Shown here: positions 31,359 through 39,071 of the stretch, piece after piece
How positions within the stretch are numbered: the stretch's first letter is position 1
How the letters are laid out: every line of letters starts with the position of its first letter
Position numbers and translations under genes: made by a program
Notes under the pieces: model-generated
Databases searched by the model: none
Told to the model about the DNA's origin: nothing
The model's input: only the letters and a program-made list of their open reading frames with translations
Source of the DNA: Fidelibacterota bacterium
GTDB lineage: Bacteria > Fidelibacterota > Marinisomatia > Marinisomatales > UBA2128
Length of the DNA: 39,071 nt
Direction of reading: 5' to 3'
Assembly (NCBI GenBank): GCA_046861645.1
Contig: JBHHUM010000017.1
Location: 1-39,071 of the forward strand

Positions 31359-32504
31359 TTATAACCATGAGAACGGATAATCTGGATCATCTATGGATTT
31401 ACAGTCTTGAGTCATCTGCAGGGGCTGAAAAGTATCAATCATGATAGCCAGTTCTGTTGTTTCTTTAGCGCCAATAGAATCCTCTGTCTTTCCTGGTTGT
31501 GGTCCATGAGGTAGCCCCATGGGGTGATAAGTAATAGACCCTTCCTCAATTCCCTTACGGCTCATGAAATGACCCTTCACATAATAGAGAATTTCATCTG
31601 AATCTACGTTGCTATGAGCATAGGGTGCTGGTATAGCTTCTGGATGATAATCGAACAGGCGAGGTACAAATGAACAGATAACCACGCCTGGAGCCTGGAA
31701 AGTCTGATGTACTGGGGGTGGTTGATGTATCTTTCCTGTAATAGGTTCAAAATCGTTAATATTGAAAATCCACGGGAAATAGTAACCGTCCCAGCCGACC
31801 ACATCAAAAGGGTGGTGTTTGTAGAGATAACTTTGAATGCCATCGGTTAATTTAACGTCTATCCGGAACTCTCCTTCATCATCAACAGGTTCGTTAAAAA
31901 CGGGAGTACGAATATCCCTTTCACAAAAAGGAGCGTGTTCCAGTAATTGTCCATGTTCATTCCGATAGCGGTGAGGCGTCTTGACCAGACCAGACGTTTC
32001 CATCGCTAGAATTTTACATGGCTCTGAAATCTCCATCTGCCAGATAACACCCCGAGGAATTACAATGTAATCCCCGTTGTGGAAATCTAAATAACCAAGG
32101 TTTGATTTGAGAGTGCCATTGCCACTGTGGACAAACAACACTTCATCATGGTTGCCATTACGATAAAAATCCTTCATGGAAAGGGAAACATGAATTTTGG
32201 ACAGTACGACGTCACGATTGAAAAAGAGGGGCGTTTTAGCGGAGATGAAATCGCCCTTAGATGGGGTTTGAGCCGTACGGAGGTGGTGATGATGATGTTG
32301 TTTTTCCCACGGTTTTAACGGTAGTGGAAGGAAATCGCCTACAGTGACTATTTCAGTCGGCATATGGATGTGATAAAGATTAGAATAAATATCGGAAAAT
32401 CCCTGTCGACTGACTAATTCCTCTCGGTAGAGAGACCCATCATTTTTACTGAACCTGGTGTGACGTTTCGGAGGGACTGCTCCTTGTTTTAAGTAAAATG
32501 GCAT
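31359..32504 (-). CDS. hmgA: Homogentisate 1,2-dioxygenase
   Basis: PPKRH, PFDVVGWDG, HQPPPVH, CSFVPR, HSNVDSDE and HGP motifs. Confidence 0.95.
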   Translation of the reverse strand: MPFYLKQGAVPPKRHTRFSKNDGSLYREELVSRQGFSDIYSNLYHIHMPTEIVTVGDFLPLPLKPWEKQHHHHHLRTAQTPSKGDFISAKTPLFFNRDVVLSKIHVSLSMKDFYRNGNHDEVLFVHSGNGTLKSNLGYLDFHNGDYIVIPRGVIWQMEISEPCKILAMETSGLVKTPHRYRNEHGQLLEHAPFCERDIRTPVFNEPVDDEGEFRIDVKLTDGIQSYLYKHHPFDVVGWDGYYFPWIFNINDFEPITGKIHQPPPVHQTFQAPGVVICSFVPRLFDYHPEAIPAPYAHSNVDSDEILYYVKGHFMSRKGIEEGSITYHPMGLPHGPQPGKTEDSIGAKETTELAIMIDTFQPLQMTQDCKSIDDPDYPFSWL

Positions 32505-32512
32505 GAGTATCC

Positions 32513-33499
32513 CTAAACTACCTTATTTTCCAGAACGCCCAACCGCTCCACTTCCATTCGTACTACATCTCCTTTCTTGATCCACCCACCAGTATTTTCA
32601 GGTCTCAATTCCAGGATACAACCGGTACCTACCGTTCCCGAGCCGATGTAATCTCCAGCCTGAACGGCAGAATTACGACTGGCTCTTTCGATCATGGCAG
32701 GGAAAGAGTGGTAGAGATCGTTAGCATTACCATCAGAAACGAGTTTATGGTTCACATGACACGTCATGCGCAGGTTCAGTTTTCCTTTGTTATCCCAGGC
32801 ATCCTCTAATTCATCAGCAGTTACTAGATAAGGTCCAAAGCTACTTCCAAAATCTTTTCCTTTGGCTGGGCCAAGATTTAGTTGCATCTCTTCCCGTTGA
32901 AAGTCTCTGGCGGACCAATCGTTTAGAATAGTGTAACCGGCGATAAATGACTCCGCATCATGGGCTGAAATGTCACTGCCACCAGTAGCGATAATAGCGG
33001 CAAATTCCAGTTCAAAGTCCAATTCAGTGCTGCCAGAAGGATAGCGCACTTCATCTCTATGGCCGTAGAGGATTATATGATTAGAAAAGTAGAAAATGGG
33101 AATTTTATACCACAAGGGATTCATGTCAAGCCCCCGCAATTTGCGGGCTGCCTTAACGTGCTGCTCGAAAGCGTAGAAATCTCTAAATGAGGGTGGATCT
33201 GGTACAGGTGGATAAAAGTAAACATCTTTTTCTTCCCTTGAGACAGGCATACCCCCAGCAGTAAGATGGTGTACATCTACTTCCTTCAGAGTATCCGCAA
33301 GTTGGTGGAGACGATTATACTCTGTTGTCCAGGTTCTGAGGATACCTTTCATTGTGGTGGGAATTTTCAAATAGTCATTTTTATTACGGTCTTCTTTTAT
33401 CCACATCGCTGCCCGCACGACATCTATCACCAGATTTCCCCTGAGAAATCCTACTCTAGGTGCCTGGTTGGACTGAATGGAATAAGATAAAAGTTTCAA
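32513..33499 (-). CDS. fahA: Fumarylacetoacetate hydrolase family protein
   Basis: RDFYAFEQH, LDFELE, NDWSARD, KGKDF and GSGT motifs; between hppD and hmgA. Confidence 0.88.
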   Translation of the reverse strand: MKLLSYSIQSNQAPRVGFLRGNLVIDVVRAAMWIKEDRNKNDYLKIPTTMKGILRTWTTEYNRLHQLADTLKEVDVHHLTAGGMPVSREEKDVYFYPPVPDPPSFRDFYAFEQHVKAARKLRGLDMNPLWYKIPIFYFSNHIILYGHRDEVRYPSGSTELDFELEFAAIIATGGSDISAHDAESFIAGYTILNDWSARDFQREEMQLNLGPAKGKDFGSSFGPYLVTADELEDAWDNKGKLNLRMTCHVNHKLVSDGNANDLYHSFPAMIERASRNSAVQAGDYIGSGTVGTGCILELRPENTGGWIKKGDVVRMEVERLGVLENKVV

Positions 33500-33511
33500 G
33501 AGTAATTCTCC

Positions 33512-34600
33512 CTAAAGATTACCTCTTTTCTCCTGTTCTCGTTCGATGGATTCAAATAACGCTTTAAAGTTACCCTTGCCAAAGCTGCGGGCCCCTTTGC
33601 GCTGAATGATTTCATAAAATAGTGTGGGCCGATCTTGAACCGGTTGGGTAAACAATTGTAAGAGATATCCTTTATCATCCCTATCCACCAGGATTCCCAG
33701 TTTGGCCAGTACTTCAAGGTCTTCATCTATTTCACCTACTCGATCAGGAACTTCTTCATAGTACTCCTGGGGGACAGAGATGAATTCCACCCCACGGGAT
33801 TTTAGATTTTCCACAGTAGTAATGATGTCTTTTGTATACATGGCCACATGTTGAACACCAGCAGTTTTATAGTAATCAATGAACTCTTGAATCTGAGATT
33901 TTTTAAGTCCTACAGCAGGCTCGTTAATCGGCATTTTGATTCGTTCGGTTTCGTCAGCAACGACGATGGATTTCAATGCTGTATATTCTGTGGAGACATC
34001 CTTGTCATCAACGGTCCAGATTCGGTGGAAACCAAGGATTTTTTCATACCACTCCACAATTGGAGTCATACAATCGGTCTCCTGGTTACCGACAATATGA
34101 TCGATGTGTGTAAGACCTACAGGAGTTCCCCATACAGGGATATCAAGATCTATCATTTCAGGAAGGAAGGTACCGTGATAATTTTCCCTTTCTACAAAGC
34201 TGTGAATAGTATCGCCATAAGTTTTAATTGATGCGAGGGTTACTTTACCGTTATCATCCTCCAAAGTCTTGGGAGCATAAGCCGGTTCCGCACCCCTTTC
34301 CAGGGAAACTTCATAGGCAGCCGTGGCGTTGTCGACTTGGAAGGCAACGTCCTTAACACCATCACCATGTAATTTGACATGTTCACTTATAGGTGTATTA
34401 TCTTCCAGGGGAGAAGACAGAACAAATGTAATCTTATTCTGTTTCAGCACATGAGTAGCCTTATCTCTTGATCCTGTTTCCAATCCACCATATGCTACTG
34501 GCTGGAATCCAAAGACTGATCGGTAGTATTGACTGGCCTGCTTGGCGTTGGAAACATAAAAGGTCACGTGATCAAAACCCTTTATGATAAATTCTGTCAT
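33512..34600 (-). CDS. hppD: 4-hydroxyphenylpyruvate dioxygenase
   Basis: HGDGVKD, IDHIVGN, SQIQEF, QHVA, LLQLFT and FGKGNFKALF motifs; GGAGG SD. Confidence 0.97.
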   Translation of the reverse strand: MTEFIIKGFDHVTFYVSNAKQASQYYRSVFGFQPVAYGGLETGSRDKATHVLKQNKITFVLSSPLEDNTPISEHVKLHGDGVKDVAFQVDNATAAYEVSLERGAEPAYAPKTLEDDNGKVTLASIKTYGDTIHSFVERENYHGTFLPEMIDLDIPVWGTPVGLTHIDHIVGNQETDCMTPIVEWYEKILGFHRIWTVDDKDVSTEYTALKSIVVADETERIKMPINEPAVGLKKSQIQEFIDYYKTAGVQHVAMYTKDIITTVENLKSRGVEFISVPQEYYEEVPDRVGEIDEDLEVLAKLGILVDRDDKGYLLQLFTQPVQDRPTLFYEIIQRKGARSFGKGNFKALFESIEREQEKRGNL

Positions 34601-34623
34601 TAATTCCTCCCTTAATTGAATAT

Positions 34624-35709
34624 TTACAAAACCGTAGTCAAAGCATCAATGCATTTCTGATTTTCATCATGAGTACCTATTGAAATTCGAATACATTTTG
34701 GCCATCCAAATGATTTCAGGTGTCGTAAAATGATTCCCTGGTCTAAAACTCTCTGTGTGATACGGCTGGTTTTAATTTCTGAATCCAGGATAATCGTCAC
34801 AAAGTTTGTTGCTGATTGGAGATAAGTGATGCCCAACTTGTCGAGAGCTGCATAAAGAAAAAGCAATTCGTCTTTCACCAACTGGATGGTTTTTTGCAAG
34901 TGGTTGTTATCATCCAAGGCAGCCATGGCTGCTATCTGCGCCACGGAGGAAGGTTCAAACGGTACTTTTACTTTCATAAGATTGGAGATGAGGGCTTCAT
35001 GGGCGAAACCATAACCAATACGAAGACCGGCTAAACCGTATGCTTTGGAGAAAGTCCGTAGAGTAATCACATTATCATAACGATAGTACATGGAATCCGG
35101 GTAGTCATTTAATTGATGAGCAAACTCAAAGTAGGCTTCATCCATGATAACCAGCACTCTAAAGGGGACTTTCTCCATAAAATTGTCAAATTCTTCTACA
35201 GTGAAGTAGGTCCCCATTGGATTATCAGGATTAGCCAGATAGATGACCTTGGTATATTCATTAATATGTTCGGCCATGCTATTCAGGTCATAGCGATGAT
35301 TCCTCATGGGTACCCAGTGAATACGACGGCCACTGGCCCTTGCCAGTACAGTGAAGCCAATGAAAGAACCCGCTGCTGTAATGATTTCATCTTCGGGTAG
35401 GAGGAATGTTCGCATGATGGTTCCCATAATTCCCTCTGACCCGGCACCTAAAATCACGTTATTCAGTTTTACATTAAATCGCTTAGCTAACTTGCTACGA
35501 AGTAGACTACCGTTGGCGTCAGGGTAGCGGTGTACTTTTGAAAGAGCTTTTTCCAACGCCTGGATGGCAAGAGGGGAAGGACCCAGAGGATTCTCATTGG
35601 AAGCGAGCTTACATACTTTGACCAAACCCAACTCATTTTGTACTTCGTGTATTGGTTTCCCCGGTTTATACGGAGCCAGTTCCTTGATTTTTTTCGGTAC
35701 CAAAGGCAT
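34624..35709 (-). CDS. HisC-family PLP aminotransferase, possibly an aromatic amino-acid aminotransferase
   Basis: LASNENP, NPDNP, DEAY and RTFSKAYGLAGLRIG motifs; directly upstream of hppD. Confidence 0.88.
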   Translation of the reverse strand: MPLVPKKIKELAPYKPGKPIHEVQNELGLVKVCKLASNENPLGPSPLAIQALEKALSKVHRYPDANGSLLRSKLAKRFNVKLNNVILGAGSEGIMGTIMRTFLLPEDEIITAAGSFIGFTVLARASGRRIHWVPMRNHRYDLNSMAEHINEYTKVIYLANPDNPMGTYFTVEEFDNFMEKVPFRVLVIMDEAYFEFAHQLNDYPDSMYYRYDNVITLRTFSKAYGLAGLRIGYGFAHEALISNLMKVKVPFEPSSVAQIAAMAALDDNNHLQKTIQLVKDELLFLYAALDKLGITYLQSATNFVTIILDSEIKTSRITQRVLDQGIILRHLKSFGWPKCIRISIGTHDENQKCIDALTTVL

Positions 35710-35750
35710 GACAGAATTTAGGTTAGCTGTTCAGCTTAGGCACTGTTTTG

Positions 35751-36872
35751 TTAAGTGAAGTACTTTTTATATAGAAGTTGAAGCGTGGTTGTGATGTCTT
35801 TATCTCGTAAAAGATAACGCCACCTATCTGGGGGAGATGGTATAATTTCAGCCCTGGAGATGTCAGGAGGGTCATCTCTGGTTTCTCCAGAAAATAACAC
35901 TGTTACAGTTCCCCAATGGTAATCATATTTTAAATCCTGGTATGCCTCCAGTAGACGAGTCACACGCTGTTGAGAATAAACATCATCCAGAAGTAAAAAG
36001 CGATTTTTCCCCACATCTACTAATTCCGGGACAAGTTCAGCAGGTCTGGTTTCAGGTGGGAAATGAATAAGTATCTGTTTTTCCAGATGAGCCAGAGAAA
36101 CGGGTTTAACTCTTTCTTTACGAGGTTCGTGGAAGATAAAAGTCCCCAGATCTTGAGAAAAGGTGCTGCGCAAACGGAGGGGAATTTTCATCTCCTGTGA
36201 TACCTTGATAGCTTTGGGGTGCAATATTGTACTACCCTCTTCTGCCATAGCTAATAATTGAGTGGAATTAATATCCTTCAGGAAGGGAACTTTAGGGATT
36301 TGTCTGGGGTCGCAAATTGCCACACCTTTTACATCGGAAAAAATCTCAACTCTTTGAGCTAAAAGCGCTGACCCTAATACAACCGCGCTGATATCACTTC
36401 CTCCTCTCCCTAAGGTGTGAATTTCTCCCTTTAGATCAACTCCCTGGAAACCGGCTACAATGGCTACCAATCCATTATCTAAAGCTTCTTTAATTTTTTC
36501 TGGATGGATATCGATTATTTCAGCAGTACCAGGATTGTTATCTGTGATGAGTCCTGCCTGTTGTCCAGTAAAAGCCCGACTCGGAAGGTCCCGCATAGTC
36601 AAGAGGTGAGCAAAAAATGCTGCAGAAATAATCTCTCCGCTGCTCATTATTAGATCCAGTTCCCGGGGAGAGACAGGTTCACCAGTGGAACGTAAAAGAT
36701 TAATAAGGGTGTCGGTGGCATAGGGATCTCCAGCTCTGCCCATGGCGCTTACGACTACTGCGGTTTGAAATCCTTCTTCGATTGTTTGCCGAACGTGTCT
36801 AACAGCGGCTTCCTGAGATAATTCATCCTTGAGACTGCTGCCACCGAATTTTAATACGATGGTATCAGGCAT
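35751..36872 (-). CDS. Aspartokinase, DapG (AK-I)-like, with divergent C-terminus
   Basis: KFGGSS, VVSAMGRAGDPYATD, PRELDL, AGFQG and LGRGGSD motifs. Start at ATG 36872 overlaps the asd stop. Confidence 0.88.
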   Translation of the reverse strand: MPDTIVLKFGGSSLKDELSQEAAVRHVRQTIEEGFQTAVVVSAMGRAGDPYATDTLINLLRSTGEPVSPRELDLIMSSGEIISAAFFAHLLTMRDLPSRAFTGQQAGLITDNNPGTAEIIDIHPEKIKEALDNGLVAIVAGFQGVDLKGEIHTLGRGGSDISAVVLGSALLAQRVEIFSDVKGVAICDPRQIPKVPFLKDINSTQLLAMAEEGSTILHPKAIKVSQEMKIPLRLRSTFSQDLGTFIFHEPRKERVKPVSLAHLEKQILIHFPPETRPAELVPELVDVGKNRFLLLDDVYSQQRVTRLLEAYQDLKYDYHWGTVTVLFSGETRDDPPDISRAEIIPSPPDRWRYLLRDKDITTTLQLLYKKYFT

Positions 36873-37890
36873 GGGAAATCCTGACCAAGTCACGGTTTAT
36901 TAATTCTTCAGCAATCTGAATGGTATTCAAGGCCGCTCCTTTCCTGAGGTTGTCACTTACACACCATAAGTTAATACCATTTTCAGTAGAATTGTCACGA
37001 CGGATACGACCCACATATACTGCGTCTTTGCCACTAGCCTTAATGGGCAGGGGGTAAATGTTATTACCGGGATCGTCAGCCAAAACAATACCTGAGCTAT
37101 TCTCCCAAAGATGTATGACTTCTGATATCTTGAATGACTTTTCGGTTTCAATATTGATGCTTTCACTGTGACCATTTATTACCGGTACGCGGACAGTTGT
37201 AGCGGTCACTAGAATATCGGGGTCAAGTATTTTGTGGGTTTCATTGATCATTTTCATTTCTTCCCTGGTGTAGCCATTTTCCTCGAACGTATCAATATGA
37301 GGTAGCACATTGAAAGCAATCTGGTACGGATAGATGGAAGAGGATATCACTCGACCAGACGTAAAAGCTCTCACCTGGTCCTTTAATTCTTGAACTGCTG
37401 ACTGTCCTGACCCACTGACCGCTTGATAAGTACTAACCACAACTCGCTTTATTCTGTAAATATCATGAAGGGGCTTTAGCAAAACTAACATCTGGATAGT
37501 GGAGCAGTTGGGGTTAGCGACGATCCCTTTATGATCGTTAAGCGCTTCAGGGTTTACCTCGGGGATAACCAGGGGGTGTTCTGGATTCATTCTGAAGGCC
37601 GTACTGTTGTCAATACAGATACATCCATGTTTGATGGCTTCAGGAACTAATTGGAGTGCGGCTGAAGCCCCGGCACTGAATAAAGCAATATCAACTTCAT
37701 CGAAAGCTATTGCTTGAGCTGAAGTAATTTTTTTTTGACGTCCTCGCCACGAAATGACTTGACCTTCGTTAGCAGAAATATCCATAAGCATCAGATCCTC
37801 GATAGGCAGCGTACTTTCTTCCAGCAGTTTGCACATGATTGTGCCCACATTGCCCAGGGCACCTACGACTGCAAATCTGTACTTCTTCAT
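36865..37890 (-). CDS. asd: Aspartate-semialdehyde dehydrogenase
   Basis: VVGALGNVG, NPNCST, YQAVSGSG, VRVPV-x-x-GH and DNLRKGAA motifs; GGAGG SD. Confidence 0.97.
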   Translation of the reverse strand: MKKYRFAVVGALGNVGTIMCKLLEESTLPIEDLMLMDISANEGQVISWRGRQKKITSAQAIAFDEVDIALFSAGASAALQLVPEAIKHGCICIDNSTAFRMNPEHPLVIPEVNPEALNDHKGIVANPNCSTIQMLVLLKPLHDIYRIKRVVVSTYQAVSGSGQSAVQELKDQVRAFTSGRVISSSIYPYQIAFNVLPHIDTFEENGYTREEMKMINETHKILDPDILVTATTVRVPVINGHSESINIETEKSFKISEVIHLWENSSGIVLADDPGNNIYPLPIKASGKDAVYVGRIRRDNSTENGINLWCVSDNLRKGAALNTIQIAEELINRDLVRISHA

Positions 37891-38061
37891 TTCTTACCTC
37901 CCCAAACTTTCTTAAAATTGCCCCACTATAGGGAATCTTACAGACCTTCAACATACCGGTTGCGTTCAACAATTTAGCGAAATGCACTACTAAATCTAAA
38001 GCCATCATCTTGCTACAAGGAGAAAATAAAGCCAATCTAATATTCATGCAGGTTATGCGTC

Positions 38062-39015
38062 ATGATACATAGTAATATACTTGGTACCGTAGGACAGACA
38101 CCTATAGTACGTTTCCACCGGGTCGGCAGTGAACTTGATTGTCAGTTATTTGGCAAATGCGAATTCATGAATCCTGGGGGATCAGTAAAAGACCGCATTG
38201 CCGTAAGAATGATTGAAGAAGCAGAAGAATCAGGGAGAATTAAACCTGGAGATACCCTTATCGAACCAACCTCAGGAAATACGGGTATTGGCCTGGCTTT
38301 AGCTGCTGCAGTAAAAGGGTATCGGATGATCATCACCATGCCTGAGAAGATGAGCAGGGAAAAACAGGTAGTCCTGGAAGCATTGGGAGCTGAAATTGTC
38401 AGAACTCCTACTGAGGCGCCCTGGGATTCTCCTGAAAGTCATATTGGTGTGGCAAAAAAACTCAATGAAGAGATTCCAGATTCTCATATTCTTGATCAAT
38501 ACAGCAATCCAGCTAATCCGGATACTCACTATCATAATACCGCTGGTGAGATCCTTGCAGAGATGGGAGAAAATTTAAGCATGGTAGTTATGGGTGCTGG
38601 TACAGGAGGAACCATCAGCGGTGTTGCCAGAAGATTGAAAGAAGAGTTGCCGGCATTGACGATTGTTGGTGTAGATCCTTACGGCTCAATTCTTGGAGGT
38701 GGTAATGAAGTTTTTCCTTACCATGTTGAAGGGATTGGTTATGATTTTTTCCCAGACGTTCTCGATAATTCGCTGGTGGATGAATATGTGAAAGTGAATG
38801 ATAAAGATTCCTTCCAGATGGCCAGAGAGGTGATTCGGGAAGAAGGTTTGCTTATTGGTGGATCATCTGGATCAGCAGTATGGGCTGCTTTACAAGTTGC
38901 TCCTCGACTGGGGAAAGGGGAACGGTGTCTGGTGATTCTACCAGATTCTATCCGTAACTACCTGACAAAGTTTGTTGATGATGAGTGGATGAAAGAGCAA
39001 GGTTTTCTGGATTGA
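38062..39015 (+). CDS. Cystathionine beta-synthase (catalytic core only)
   Basis: [45 protein letters not shown] and [10 protein letters not shown] are CBS-type rather than CysK-type signatures. Confidence 0.85.
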   Translation: MIHSNILGTVGQTPIVRFHRVGSELDCQLFGKCEFMNPGGSVKDRIAVRMIEEAEESGRIKPGDTLIEPTSGNTGIGLALAAAVKGYRMIITMPEKMSREKQVVLEALGAEIVRTPTEAPWDSPESHIGVAKKLNEEIPDSHILDQYSNPANPDTHYHNTAGEILAEMGENLSMVVMGAGTGGTISGVARRLKEELPALTIVGVDPYGSILGGGNEVFPYHVEGIGYDFFPDVLDNSLVDEYVKVNDKDSFQMAREVIREEGLLIGGSSGSAVWAALQVAPRLGKGERCLVILPDSIRNYLTKFVDDEWMKEQGFLD

Positions 39016-39071
39016 ACCACGAAGATTCTGCGTTAAGATGCAATTGAAAAATGTTCAAGATTTGGATTAAA

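Noticed and set aside
37891..37976. Possible lysine riboswitch or attenuator in the asd leader
   Set aside because: The leader is ~80 nt, too short, with only a small hairpin and no conserved riboswitch motifs.

Overview
Bacterial chromosomal window in the standard genetic code (TGA ends many genes). Gene content and protein styles suggest an FCB-group diderm, possibly Marinimicrobia-like; this taxonomy is inference only. From the left: a damaged type II toxin-antitoxin pair that appears fused to a partial + strand gene; a CCA-adding enzyme; an ~11 kb tightly coupled operon kdsB-pyrG-kdsA-kdsC-kdsD-lptC-lptB-rpoN-hflK-hflC-hslV-hslU, preceded by a perfect sigma54 site overlapping a sigma70-like promoter; argF; a cluster of uncharacterised envelope genes (secreted helical-repeat protein, coiled-coil/FxLYD lipoprotein, HEAT lipoprotein, LpxH-like phosphoesterase, peptidase-PD40-Omp85 fusion, secreted esterase, OM beta-barrel); radA-tgt-Nudix; a minus-strand run asd, DapG-like aspartokinase, HisC-like aminotransferase, hppD, fahA, hmgA, flavin-reductase-like gene and a motif-less adenylate-forming enzyme homologue; and a minimal cystathionine beta-synthase. 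I found no rRNA, tRNA, CRISPR array or transposase. The best candidates for novelty are the envelope lipoprotein/Omp85 cluster, the LptC with a ~67-aa insert and no adjacent lptA, the sigma54/sigma70 promoter overlap upstream of an rpoN-containing operon, and the degenerate ANL protein in a tyrosine-catabolism operon lacking maiA. All family calls come from motif recognition by eye; no searches were run.
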